Source of the DNA: Mizuhopecten yessoensis
Taxonomy: Eukaryota
DNA length: 64,000 nucleotides
Direction: 5' to 3'
Assembly: GCF_002113885.1 (NCBI RefSeq)
Contig: NW_018407364.1
Span: forward strand, 1,767,456-1,831,455
Shown here: piece by piece, positions 39,331-53,521 of the stretch
Position numbering within the stretch: the stretch's first letter is position 1
Layout of the letters: every line of letters starts with the position of its first letter
Position numbers and translations under genes: made by a program
The notes under the pieces: generated by a model
What the model saw: only the letters and a program-made list of their open reading frames with translations
Told to the model about the DNA's origin: nothing
The model's database searches: none

Positions 39331-40471
39331 GTAAAAATATTGACTTTGTTTGGCTTGCTCAAAAGGGTGTTTCCTTTCTTTTGTATATCCAATGATTATT
39401 TTATATCAGATACAATCACTGAATAATTTAATACATGTACAAGTGTACTTGATACATCTAGTGACGTACCTTTAATCTAACAATTTACATAAATTTTGAT
39501 TAACTAATACTGTCTGATCAATTAGTATAAAAACAGCATGAATGTATTGTTGCATACTTAGTAACGCATATTGTGCCTGCAACATTTTTCTCGCACAGAG
39601 CCGAAATAATACATATAAAAATAAATCACATTGTCATTCTAAAAAGTGAAAGTGGACAACAGGTCATTTCAACAGAGGCAACAATGCAGCAACTATTCAG
39701 ATAGCTTTCCTTTGATGAGCAGGTTTATATGTACATTTATGTAAAACCTTCCGTTAAAATGCTTCTTTTCTCATAACAAAGTTAAGGTTATTATAGGAAT
39801 GCAGCGGTTTGTGTGCTTGATCAGAGGATCGTGATCATGAATTTTAAACATAAATACATTTCTGTTGACATTGTTCTACACATATCACCGCTCTTTTCAG
39901 CTTATACAATTCAAGTGAACGTTCAATCAAGGAAACCCCGAGGGGTAAATGTGGTAGTTATATAAACCTTTGTCAATCTGTCGCCGCACAATATGTGTGT
40001 ACCATATTGTCCCGATGTGCCGGTAAGTATTGAGAACCGCAGGCAAAGTAGGACATTTACGTCGTGTTATACATAAAATGTGTGACGTAAATAATTTGCT
40101 ATTAGGGACATCAGATTGATTGGTAGGTAAAACTTTTCAAATCTCCATTCTAGAAAGATGATGGTAGCTAACGGAATGGCTTGTTACCATGTTGAGTATC
40201 TATAGTATGGTATATTCCTTAGTAGACTTGAACACCCCAGACGTAATAGAAGAGAATTCTTATAATCACGGCTCGAACTCACGACGGTTAGCGAGAAGGC
40301 TGATATACTCTCTACTGTTGTATTAAGTAACAAGTTCGCGGACATTGTTTTTGGTGTGTATTAATGTTGGTTTTTATGTCTCTATAGTATGTCGAAACAA
40401 TGTGATGATTTTAACAGAAACTGGAGTTTTATCATTTGTGTTGATGTTGACGTAGGCTTGTATAGATATTC

Positions 40472-41302
40472 AATTAGCTGAAACGTTAACTGAAACAGGC
40501 AGGCACTGTAAGGAGATACACTTTATATTTAATTAGCTGAAACGTTAACTGAAACAGGCAGGCACTGTAAGGAGATACACTTTATATTTAATTAGCTGAA
40601 ACGTTAACTGAAACAGGCAGGCACTGTAAGGAGATACACTTTATATTTAATTAGCTGAAACGTTAACTGAAACAGGCAGGCACTGTAAGGAGATACACTT
40701 TATATTTAATTAGCTGAAACGTTAACTGAAACAGGCAGGCACTGTAAGGAGATACACTTTATATTTAATTAGCTGAAACGTTAACTGAAACAGGCAGGCA
40801 CTGTAAGGAGATACACTTTATATTTAATTAGCTGAAACGTTAACTGAAACAGGCAGGCACTGTAAGGAGATACACTTTATATTTAATTAGCTGAAACGTT
40901 AACTGAAACAGGCAGGCACTGTAAGGAGATACACTTTATATTTAATTAGCTGAAACGTTAACTGAAACAGGCAGGCACTGTAAGGAGATACACTTTATAT
41001 TTAATTAGCTGAAACGTTAACTGAAACAGGCAGGCACTGTAAGGAGATACACTTTATATTTAATTAGCTGAAACGTTAACTGAAACAGGCAGGCACTGTA
41101 AGGAGATACACTTTATATTTAATTAGCTGAAACGTTAACTGAAACAGGCAGGCACTGTAAGGAGATACACTTTATATTTAATTAGCTGAAACGTTAACTG
41201 AAACAGGCAGGCACTGTAAGGAGATACACTTTATATTTAATTAGCTGAAACGTTAACTGAAACAGGCAGGCACTGTCAGGAGATACACTTTATATTTAAT
41301 TA
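40472..41302 (+). repeat. 59-bp minisatellite, ~14 near-identical copies
   Basis: aattagctgaaacgttaactgaaacaggcaggcactgtaaggagatacactttatattt. Confidence 0.97.
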
Positions 41303-41329
41303 TTGAAACATATTCACATTTAAAAAATG

Positions 41330-42060
41330 CTTTATATACTAATGATAATTATTCTGGCACTAGTTGGAAGTTACCTTTTAATTCTTCTCAACAAACCTAA
41401 GCCTCTATTTTTTTCCCCAACAAGTAGTTAACATGGTCTTCCCTACTTACACTTTTGTCAACCTTTACACCAAGCAACTTAGCAGACTGAACCTGGTCAA
41501 GATCTGTGTTGTTTAAAGAGTGATCTTTTGTTTTGTAGATATAAGCATACAATTTGATTTATCTGTATTTATTAACATTTTATTGTCTAAACCCCGGTTC
41601 TTACTTGATTGGGGTTGGTTTGTAATTTAAGAGAGGAATCAGTAAGCATTAAAACTTTCGTCGATTTCAGTTTTATCAAATGTTTTACTGTTTGCCATAT
41701 GTTTCATGTTTGGTGTAGAGGTACACTTTTTTGGAGCAAGTTCCCTCACAAATTTACTTGGACTGTTAAGGACTGAAAGTATGTCGTTTTGGCCTCGTGA
41801 ATTTACGGTAATAGTTAATGTAACGAGCCGATTTAAAATGGTCTCTAATGCGCATTCCCTGAATGATGTCGTCGGTCATCCAGTTTGACTGAGAAGCCTT
41901 TTTAACTCGACGTATGCAAAAGGGTGCTTGTTCGTCAACAATGTTGCTGAACAATTTTAAACTTGAGTTCAAGACAAAGGGTTTCCATTTTGGCAGATTC
42001 AATATCACGTCTTCTAGTGAATGGGATGCTGGATTTTACATAGTTTTACACACTCCTCGA
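41330..42060 (-). mobile_element. Degraded CR1/L2-like LINE ORF2 fragments (RT core deleted)
   Basis: IVDEQAPFCIRRVKK..SNWMTDDIIQGMRIRDHFK (endonuclease-RT linker) and DQVQSAKLLGVKVD...EDHVNYL...LGLLRRIK (RT thumb region). Confidence 0.7.
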
Positions 42061-42647
42061 TGACATTGACCATCTTCTCTGTCTGAACGTTCCAGCATAA
42101 AACCCTTTATGGACATTAAGAATTTAACCAAGTCTCTGATATACATGGTGAGAAATTTAGGGTAATTTATTGTATATACTCCTGAAATTTCATTATAGGA
42201 AACAAAGACCACCTGGCATAGTGAAGTTAGATGAATTTTTTGAATTGCCGTATTAAACAGGTAAAGGTAAATCTATCTGGTGACTGCTCAGATGTGACGC
42301 CCGGTTTCCCCATACTGTACCTCTGCTTTATAGACCTGTACACAAAACTATTGTGGAATTCTGCATCTATAGTCACTTAAATTACACATTTCACATCGAG
42401 GTTTTGTAGTGACGACATACATGTATGTACGATAGTCTGCCAATTTTGATTGAGAAATGCGGATTTTGGAACCAGTAGTATCAAAAAGTTTGACAGAACA
42501 TAAATACTAAACTGTGTAGTGTCGGTGAACACAGCACGCTTCATGAATGATGAAGAATTAGTATTAAACAAACAAACTCATTAATCTTTCTTGATGCCTT
42601 GCATTTTAATTTCGAAAACAGGCAATGATATCTTTATCTATTTCATT

Positions 42648-45600
42648 TTATCGGTGATTCTTATTTCCCCTCTTCAGTTTTAGCCCTCCGCTCACAAACT
42701 CATCTGAACACAAATTTAAATATTCGTGATCTGTCTTTTCGGGGATTTCTTCCGGGTTGAAATTGCCTGGAAAAATAATTATGGGTATCATAACACGGAG
42801 GAAGCCATTTTGTACAGGTAAAAATGCATTATTGATTTGTCTATTTAAAAGATTTGCCTCGATCTGTACCCAAAAACATATCTAACCAGTTTATCTCAAA
42901 AAGAGAACATGCGAAATACTTGAAGAAGCAACTTTGTTTATTAAGGAAATAAATATCCATATATTGTCAAGAAACTCTCATATTTGTTTGTTGAAGCTGG
43001 GGTATATTTGTGTCTTTATTTCATTTTTTCTTATTGGTTATGAAATCGTCATACATTTCATTTGCTATAGTATAAAATTGTTCATCTTATATATGAAGTT
43101 CAAAACTGACGTATTCTCTTTTAATGTGATTTATGTTGTTACTCTTCGGGAAATTCTTTTCGAATAAATTGATATGTTAAATGAAAGTTCTATGCAAATG
43201 TACACGAGAGCAGGAACTGTTTCTATCGAGATCAGAGATTGAAACTTACCAGTATGTGTTTTAATCATCCTTTGAAATATATTTCTGCCAACATCAGTCT
43301 TGAGCACACACAGAAAATTATCAGGAATGTCATTGCTTCTGAAAACAGCATTACAGTTATTGTGAGTTAATTATAACGTAAAGATATGACACGTTTAATA
43401 TTTCACAAAGCATTGGCCAACACTCTGATGCAATACATTTTTTTCTCCATAAGATTAGTTATCATCACACCATTTTGACATCTTCACTCTTAGCTGAAAT
43501 CTAACATAGGTCAGGAAGCGACACGGTACTTACGACACGAAAACTGACTTTATGTTGGTATATGTCGCTGTTGAATGACACTTTTATTAAAGTAAAATAA
43601 CTGAATACTTTGTTTCATACCAAACATCACCAATACAGCATTGTTACATTGTCATACAAGATATTTAAGCCAATCAAACGAATGGTAAAAACTGCGAAAC
43701 AGGTTTAAATAAACATTTTCTTACTATAGGAAAAACATGTGTATTACGAAGGGTGGGAAGTCCTTAATATAGGTCAGTGTTAGATGAATGACTCCTTAGT
43801 AGTCTTTCAGCATTTATCTTGGAAGGAAATCATTGTTATGGTAGATCATTTCGCAATATTTTACGAAGCGATAATTGAGCGTTTCATTTTTTGTTATTTT
43901 TTTAGTGTTAATGATGTATGACGTACCTTTCTTTTACACGATTTTTGCAGCTTGCAAATAAAGCAGAACTTGGCAAGCGTAAGAGCAGTAGGTAAAGCAG
44001 AAATTTAAACTGATACTGTAAAAGCTGTAATTTGAATATTGTGAGACTTATTCGTCGTTCCTTTACGTAAGTCAAAAGGTAAACAAACACAGACAAGCTT
44101 GAAAACAGCAAGTAATGCAGACATTTTAAATTGAATTAGTAGAAGCTCATCTTTTGAATATTTTGAGACTTATTCGTTCCTTTACTTACATCCAAAAGCA
44201 AAAGAGAAACAGACAAGAGTGAAAACAGCCAACTGCAATAAAGCAGACATTTGAAACTGAATTTGCAAAAGCTCTTCGTTTGAATATGTTGATACTAATT
44301 CGTGACTTTACTTACATACAAAGGTAAAAGCGAAAAGGACAAGCTTAGATACAACAAATAAAGCAGACATTTGAAATTTGTAGAAGCTCTTCGTTTGATT
44401 ATTTTGAGATGTATTCGTTCCTTTACTTACATCCAAAGGTACTCGCCGTAGAAAAGTCCTTTATCGATACACTTGAATGCTCTTGTGACCCAGTCTGTGG
44501 TCACCTCAATGTTGTTTCCATCCACCACAACTGTGTCATTCGTATTTTGTAAATCATCCGACAGAACAGTCCATTTTCCCTGCATACTTCGACTGATATC
44601 ACAATCATCTGTATCTATATCTGAATCTATGAATTGATGAAAGTTATTTTATGATGTGACAGTAAACGATTATTAAAAGGTAATGAACGGAATGTTTGCA
44701 GTGTCATTGGTGGTGTGGACAAACATAATTTGCATGCATGTAACTTGGTTCTTGACCAATAGGAAATATATGAATTGAACAGAATTTTGTCAATTTGATT
44801 GTTGGTGTCAAAATATATGCATGTGACTGTCAATGTGATATAAGAGTTTATGATACTGACTTTTCATATATTGCGATAAAATAATTTACTGTCAATATGT
44901 TATACAAGATAATACAATGGACATGTTACTGTCAATATGATATACAAAGGTAATACAATGGACATGTTACCGTCAATATGATATACAAAGGTAATACAAT
45001 GGATATGTCACTGTCAATTTGATATACAAAAATAATACAATGGACATGGAACTGTCAATATGATATTCAAGATAATACAATGGACATGTAACTGTCAATA
45101 TGATATACAAGATAAAACAATGGACATGTAGATGTCAATATGATATACAAGATAATACAATGGACATGTAACTGTCAATATATACACAAGATAATACCAT
45201 GGACATGTAACTGTCAATATAATATACAAGATAATACAATGGACATGTAACTGTCAATATGATATACAAAGGTAATACAATGGATATGTCACTGTCAATT
45301 TGATATACAAAAATAATACAATGGACATGTAACTGTCAATATGATATACAAAGGTAATACAATGGACATGTAGATGTCAATATATACACAAGATAATACA
45401 ATGGACATGTAGCTGTCAATATGATATACAAGATAATACAACGGACATGTAACTGTCATTATAGATACAAGATAATACAATGGACATGTAACTGTTAATA
45501 TGATATACAAGATAATACAACGGACATGTAACTGTCATTATAGATACAAGATAATACAATGGACATGTAACTGACAATATGATATACAAGATAATACAAT

Positions 45601-48600
45601 GGACATGTTACTGTCAATCTGATATACAAGATAATACAATGGACATGTAACTGTAAATATGATATACAAGATAATACAATGGACATGTTACTGTAAATAT
45701 ATACACAAGATAATACAATGGACATGTAACTGTGAATATGATATACAAGATAATACAACGGACATGTAACTGTCAATATAGATATAAGATAATACAATGG
45801 ACATGTAACTGTCAATGTGATATACAAGATAATACAACGGACATGTAACTGTCATTATAGATACAAGATAATACAATGGACATGTAACTGTCAATAAGAT
45901 ATACAAGATAATACAATGGACATGTAACTGACAATATGATATACAAGATAATACAATGGACATGTAAATGTCAATATGATATACAAGATAAAACAATGGA
46001 CATGTAACTGTCAATATGATATACAAGATAATACAACGGACATGTAACTGTCAATATAGATACAAGATAATACAATGGACATGTAACTGTCAATATGATA
46101 TACAAGATAATACAATGGAGATGTTACTGTCAATATGATATACAAGATAATACAACGGACATGTAACTGTCAATATACATACAAGATAATACAATGGACA
46201 TGTAACTGACAATATGATATACAAGATAATACAATGGACATGTAACTGACAATATGATATACAAGATAATACAATGGAGATGTTACTGTCAATATGATAT
46301 ACAAGATAGTACAATGGACATGCTACTGTCAATATGATATACAAGATAATACAATGGGCATGTAACTGTCAATAGGATATAAAAGATGATAATATAGATA
46401 TGTTATTGTCAATATGATATACAAAGATAATACAATGGATATTTCACTATCAATATGATATACAAAGGTAATACAACGAACATGTTACTGTCAATATAAT
46501 ATACAAGGGTAATACGATGGGCATGTTACTGTCAATATAATATACATATAAAGCACTAGTTTCTGTCAATTTGTTGATAACACGTGCGTCTATTATCACT
46601 ATGAATTACATATAAAACGATATCATACGTGTCATTGTTAGTTACCTTATCCCCTACACACATACCTGATTTCGTAGTCACACATAGAGCAGCAAACAGT
46701 AAAAGAGAGGCTGCCTAGAAAAGATAAGTAAATCGCTTATAAGGGCAATGGTCCCATTATTGCCATGTTTGCTGGGTCTTTTTTCATTATCCTCTCCACT
46801 TCGACGACATCACGCAGCTGGAGGATGATTTTTATTATGTATAATCCTCCCAATATTCACAGAATTATCTCGCGGTTTATCAGTTGAGGATTTTTCTGTC
46901 ACCCCTTTGAATATGATTTCTCTGTCACCCCTTAAGACATGATTTTTCTTTCAGGCCATAAAGGTATGATATTTCTGTCACCACACCAAGGTATGATATT
47001 TCTGTCACCACACCAAGGTATGATATTTCTGTCACTACACCAAGGTATGATATTTCGGTCACCACACCAAGGTATGACTTTTCTGTCAGCATACAGGGTA
47101 CGATTTCCCTGTCATTCCCTAGGGTATGACAGATAGCACGTGACAAAATATATACTATGGCGTCACGGGAAAAATTAGACATGACGCCAAAATCAGCTGA
47201 AACCTGTTGTTTTCAAACACAGGATTGAAAACCGGAAACATAGCCATCCCCTACCTTGAGAGTGTTAAAGAGAAATTTCCAACACTGGTGGTTATCATCT
47301 GGTTGTCTATCCCTTGGATTAAACAACCACAAATGCCAGCATGGTTGAAGATTTCTCTATCATACCCTCAAGATAGTGGATGATTCTATTAGTCAAACAT
47401 AATTAATATGTGTGGATTAGTAAACACGTTATATCTATTCAACTAAAATATTTCATTATGCAGATTCTGATAAACAACAACTTAAGATCTCGCAAGATAT
47501 TGTCAGCATACATGCTACGCCATAATTAACGTCATCATAAATGTCTAATTATAACAACACCTCTCTTCTAAAATTGCCTAAAATATTAATTAATTATATA
47601 CCCCCTCATGTCTCTCAGACACTGAACCCTCGTACAAACTGACTATTCTTAAACATGACTCTCAAACCTATTGGTCTCTGCATTCTAGGCTCTTTGCACA
47701 GACGTCATGTATATGTACATACCACCCTTTATTTATTCATTTATATGCACATTGAGATGCTTATCTTCTTGCTTAACGGGTAATGGTGATTGTATGCCTT
47801 TTTAGTTGTATCAAATTGTATAGGGCGCTATACACATGTTGTATATCATTATTATTATTTTGATGAAAAATAAAATTAGTAAACAATAGTGTCAAAACAT
47901 CACCACAAAGTAAACCATAACGTCACATAAACACATGGACTTACCAAATGGTTTACATATAAGGATAAAAAGTATAGCACAGTACCATAACCTCACAAAA
48001 CATTTAACAGCGGCAAACCACACGGCCAAACTTAAGTGGATATCAACAATTAGGAACAGAAAAGCACAAGAAACAAACGTACCGAAACGTTCACACTCCA
48101 AGACAAGGTATCCAACAGCATCATCACACCACCACATAAAATACCACAGCGTTAATACACAAGCACAGAAACTTATCAAATGTTATACAGAATAGGATAA
48201 AAAAATATACCAAATGTTTGTATACCATTACACCAATACACACCATGACAAAATATTAAACAGCGTCAACACATACGGCCAAAATAAAGCGGATATCTGC
48301 ACATAGGGACAAAAGATACCTCAAGATTGAAACGTACCGCAACGTTAAAGCACCAGGACAAGGTCTTCAACAGCATCATCACACAAACACAAAATATATA
48401 TCACAATGTCAACTCACAAGGACAAAATATACTTCAAGATTGAAACGTACCGCAACGTTAAAGCACCAGGACAAGGTAATCATCAGCATATTCACACCAG
48501 GACAAAATATACCACAATGTCAACTCACAAGGACAAAATATACCACAATGTCAATTCTCAAAGACAAAATATATTTCAAGATTGAAACGTACCGCAACGT

Positions 48601-49120
48601 AAAAGCACAAGGCCCAAGACCAGGTCTTCAACAGCATCATAACACCAACACAAAATATATATAACAATGTCAACTCACAAGGACAAACTATCCTTCAAGA
48701 TTGAAACGTACCGCAACGTTAAAACACCAGGACAAGGTCTTCAACAGCATCATCACACCAACACAAAATATATATAACAATGTCAACTCACAAGGACAAA
48801 ATATACTTCAAGATTGAAACGTACCGCCACGTTAAAGCACCAGGACAAGGTAATCAACAGCATATTCACACCAGGACAAAATATACCGCAATATCAACTC
48901 AAAAAATATATCCCAGCGTTAATATCTCTGGACGAAATTTCATTTACGAAAGACATAAACAGCGACCGAGAGATAAAGCGCTTTCTGTACCAACACGTGA
49001 CCGCTGTGGTTACGTCTCTTGAAAATATGAAAAAATGACAAACCTTTAAGATATCTCTCAAAAAATAATCTTTTGACGTCAATATAAAAATTCTAAGATA
49101 TCACTCACCTTGTACTGCAT
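42648..49120 (-). CDS. Secreted 4-Cys protein, paralog B (148 aa)
   Basis: Exons 49120-49109 (MQYK), 46714-46666 (AASLLLFAALCVTTKS), 44608-44431 (DCDISRSMQGKW...FKCID...), 43338-43250 (SNDIPDNFLCVLKTDVGRNIFQRMIKTHT), 42766-42648 (GNFNPEEIP...YLNLCSDE...LKLKRGNKNHR*). 447 nt in frame, same phases as A. Confidence 0.8.
43955..44440. repeat. ~120-bp degenerate tandem repeat containing the paralog B exon-3 donor
   Basis: Four units with aaataaagcagac...ttcgttcctttacttacatccaaa. Confidence 0.8.
44815..46545 (+). repeat. 40-bp minisatellite, ~43 copies, intron 2 of paralog B
   Basis: atacaagataatacaatggacatgtaactgtcaatatgat. Confidence 0.97.
46885..47110 (+). repeat. 27-bp tandem repeat
   Basis: atttctgtcaccacaccaaggtatgat. 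Confidence 0.9.
48300..48900 (+). repeat. ~115-140-bp tandem repeat, ~5 copies, intron 1 of paralog B
   Basis: caagattgaaacgtaccgcaacgttaaagcaccaggacaagg recurs. Confidence 0.9.
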
Positions 49121-49209
49121 GGCGACTTATGGATGAATACAACTGGTTATTGCGAATCATATAGTGTGAAATGCAAAATTGAATTGCGCAGTGGATGTAA
49201 ACATCTAAA

Positions 49210-49215
49210 TTTATA
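49210..49215 (-). promoter_or_regulatory. TATA box of paralog B
   Basis: TATAAA on the - strand, 90 nt upstream of the ATG. Confidence 0.5.
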
Positions 49216-50984
49216 GGGGATGCTTTGTAACATGTTGTAGCAATTAATACCACTTGTACGTGCTGTTGGTCAATATCATTGACAACACGATTAGTTACCA
49301 ATGAATAATTGGTAGTAATATATCAATCCTAAAATTGATTCTTATAAGAGTTGACAGATGATTCTTTAAAAAACACATAACATTTTGTCATTTTAAAAGC
49401 GTTTTGATTTTTTAATCCCGTTGCCTTCGGAAAATAATTATTTAGACATAAAACATGTTTCATATTTATACCCTATGGTGATTCTAGATGACCGAGGAAC
49501 GCCCGGAATATGACCTATCGCTTACAGTAATGAAATAAACTGTTCAAATCTCCCTGAAGAAAATTGAGATGACGGAGTAAATAGATCATCAGTTCAAAAT
49601 TAATAGTTAACCCGGTTATCACGTGCAGGCCTGCAGTGTTAAACAGCGAAGTAACTGATTTATTACATAACGTCACGCTACCACATTTGGCACAATTTTG
49701 ATGGTTTTTCAAAGTTTTCAAAATCCATAGATTGTATCTGGAATGTTTATTGGGTCTTGACAAAGACTACCCATGGTGGTTAATTTTCAGGAAGGTTTTG
49801 ATTATAAGGCATTTGTTTTTAAAAATGTAACGCTAAACTTGCAGTAAGAGTTTTCAGCCCTGATTAGTTAGTACCCTACTTGGTACATCATATCACAGAC
49901 TCTGAACTTTAATTTTAATTCAAGTAGTTTTTTTTATACCACACTGAACTACAATTGCATATATGCATTTTTATATCCGGTTATAAGAACCAGGAATCAA
50001 CACTTTAAAATGCCTATAATTGTCCCCTTCAAAATCCTCCAAAATTTCGTCGACATACGTCGTTCTTTCTGGTTTTCTGACGAGTTTTCTTTGCAGTTGT
50101 CGCATACTCCTAAAATGTTGCTGTTAACAAAACTATTTAGTGGAAACGCTGATAGTAATCTCTATTGTTTTACCAACAGTGGAAAATATACAAATTCAAT
50201 TTTACAGTCCAATTCAAAACATATTCCAACTGTGTACCAATTGCGTACCAATTGTGGTGTAACGTGACGTTACCTGGTGGATCATTATGTAGTACCGCAG
50301 CCTGATTTCAGGTCTGTTAACACATACTCTGTATTTTACACTGTGATATAAGACAAGATGTTCTTTAACTCCAGTTTGAATTTATCAGTTGTTATCAATT
50401 GATCAAATCAACGAATTTAAACAGGAACGGGTTTAAAATACGGTTAGCTCGATTTTACGTTACGGTAATGTGGTGACCATATTCCGTCATCGACGTCATT
50501 TTGACCACCATAAATGTGCTGCTCATTTCTTTTCGGGAACAAATTGATTATTGATCTGGGGTTATTATGAGCAATAATTTTAAGTGCATATCAAATAAAA
50601 TTTAATAAAAATATGTAAAGAATGTTCTATCTTCACATATTAAGACGTCCCTTTTTTAACACTGACTAATAAGCACGGTAATTTCTGTCCATAGTAATCA
50701 ACGCCGTACAAACAAATGAGTGGTTGTGTTGTACATATTTGATACAGTAAGTATATCTGACCTGAGGTAATAGCAGAAAACAATAATATGGTTTCGAGAA
50801 ATGGCAAATAGACTTGTTGTCAAGCGTGACATCATTAACTTCTGACGTCAAATACTGTACATATAATTTCGGCAATTTTCGAGGCAGCAATATCTTATTT
50901 GTTCTAATACAGAATAACATAAATAGAAAAACCAATGTTTCTTTTTCATTCGTGAAAAGTATTCGGTATTCCACCATACTCATG

Positions 50985-51480
50985 AATAATTGCACGGGAA
51001 ACTATGTCAGGTAGTGAATAAAATGTCACGTGACGAGCGTTGCATGTAGTATATACGATAATTTGTCATATGATTAGCGTGTCAGGTAGTGAATACACAA
51101 TTTGTCACGTCACAAGCGTTGCTTGTAGTGAACCAAACAATAGGTAACTTGACTTGTGTGCCATGAAGTGAACACAACAGTTTGTCATATGATCAGTTTG
51201 TCACGTAGTGAATACACCAATATGACACGTGGCTAGCTTTGCATGTAGTGAATCAACTAATTTGGCACATGACTATCGTGTCACGTAGTGATTACACCAA
51301 TAACTAATCGTGACCAGCTGTGCATGTTGTGAATACAAAAAAATTGTACATGACTAGCGTGTCATGTAGTCGATACACTATTTTGTCAAATGATTACTAT
51401 ATTTTCTAGCGATAACATCAAATTGCCGCATGACTAGCGTGTCATTTTTTGAATACACACATTTGTCACGTGACTAGCTT
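50985..51480 (+). repeat. Degenerate ~41-bp tandem repeat
   Basis: tgtcacgtgactagcgtgtcatgtagtgaatacac-like units. Confidence 0.7.
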
Positions 51481-52048
51481 TTTAGTGTTATTTTTGAAAC
51501 ATCACCAATTATGACGTCATTATTAAGAGTTGGGTCAATGGTATTATGATGTCACATTGACGAGAATTACCATGATGACAAGATGTCAACGTAAAATGTT
51601 TGAAGATCGTAAGAGAAAACATATTTGTCAAGGCAATTTACACAAAGGGATATTATATTCTCGCATAACCTCATCATAAGCTAGCATCATAAATTATTCA
51701 TGAAACGGAGGCAGATTTAAAGTGATACATTGTCATTGCCATTTATATATGCATGTGGACAATATATCACGCTCACACAGAGAGTGTGAACATATAATTA
51801 ATTAGTGTTTAGTGTAGTAACATATGCCAGCGTTTCATTTATAGACAACGAAAGTTTACAATTTTACAGTCACTGCTTAAGTAAACACATATCTTAGCAT
51901 CTTGTGTTTTGTGTAATGGAATCTATTTTTTTTGATGACGTAGACATTGTGTTATTACCTACACAAATATGACGTCACAATATAAGGAATGATTTCAAAC
52001 ATATGATGGCATTACCACTACGCAAAAAATGCAAGAATATCGTTCGTA

Positions 52049-52369
52049 CTATTACACATACGAAATGACGTAATTACATAGAGAATACATAAGCACTGCT
52101 ATTATTATTACAATTGCAAAGACGATGTCAATATACGACAGACATACATGAGCATTATTAAAAGTGTAGCATACATAACGATAACTTCCGTTTTAAACGG
52201 TGTAATCACATGCTTAAGTTAATGTAACATAAAGAGAAGTTACGTTATGTATGTTACATCTTTAAAACAAAATGCTCATGTATGTCTGTCGTATATTGAC
52301 ATCGTCTTTGCAATTGTAATGATAATAGCAGTGCTTGTGTAAACGTCATTTTCTTATGTGTAATAATAG
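52049..52369. repeat. Long inverted repeat / foldback element
   Basis: aagcactgctatt...gacagacatacatgagcatt paired with aatgctcatgtatgtctgtc...aatagcagtgctt. Confidence 0.85.
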
Positions 52370-53521
52370 AGCATTTAATATATATATTGCGATGACACAG
52401 GGAATAAAAAAATAACTTCAAGAATTCAAATATTAAAATAGGGATAATATAAAGCGTAAACTTTATTTTTGTCTCCGACTTTTTTCTGACGATCTCTTAT
52501 CAGCAGAAGCTCTAACATGTAAGTAATGACAATCTTGATTGAGCAATTGTTATACCATCTAACATACTTCATGTATGAGTGTTATGCATATGATACTGTT
52601 TTTATGAATTGTTGTGATTTTGCATACAATGTTTGTATAATTTTGTATTTACACTTATAACATACAAATCTCAATCATATTTAGCTGATATAAACCAATG
52701 AATTTTGTTAAAATAATTTTAATCACTCATTAACATAACCATGAAAATGAATCATTTTAGCTGATATAAACAGATGAATTTTGATATATTTAAAACAACA
52801 CTTATTAGCATTTTCTCAATCAGTATTTCTTGTTAATAAAACACGCTTCCTAATTTGTGAATAAAAAAGCGTGTTTACCTGATATTTTAAAATATTACCT
52901 AGAAAATAATATCGTATTTGAAAATAAAATCGAAATAATAATAATAACAAAAACCTCGCCAATCGCGTAATTTACAAATCTGGAGTCTTAAAACTCTAGA
53001 AAAACAAGGAAAACTTAATATGTCCCATATAAGGTTAAAAGTAACCGAAACAACTTTCCATTTGATATGGACCGAATATATAGGCGTATTGCCTGTTTTC
53101 TGAAACCGTTCTCATGCTCAAGCAAGGATTGTATGCTCAAGTCTAGTTTCTTGTTCCGCTTATCAATAATTTAAAAAGTTTTATTTTGTCAATACAATTG
53201 CCTTTTTGATCGATTGACATGATTTATGTGAGTTACAAAAAAAATTGGTTTAAGCAAGGAATTCATACTTGAGCATGAGAACGGTTTCATGAATACGGGC
53301 CCAGGTCTTAGAAATAATTAAGCATTATTCGAAACAGACGTTCTAAGTATTTTATTGAAGAAAGTGTGACATCGTATAATGTACTTGTACATTACTGGAG
53401 ATATACTGTTATCAATACCAGTACATTGCCACTAAAGCCGTTACGCGGTTTTGTTGATTTCGTTTTGATATACTCCATCAGACATGGTTATTGCGTGACA
53501 GTTGTATCGTCCAAGGCATGC

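Noticed and set aside
39915-40040. Peptide ...THILCGD...FLD* resembling a last exon of the secreted family
   Set aside because: No AG acceptor in frame; paralog B already has a well-fitting last exon at 42766-42648.
45295-47182. Repetitive ORFs (ILTVTCPLYYLV, TEISYLGVV)
   Set aside because: Translations of the 40-bp and 27-bp minisatellites inside introns of paralog B.
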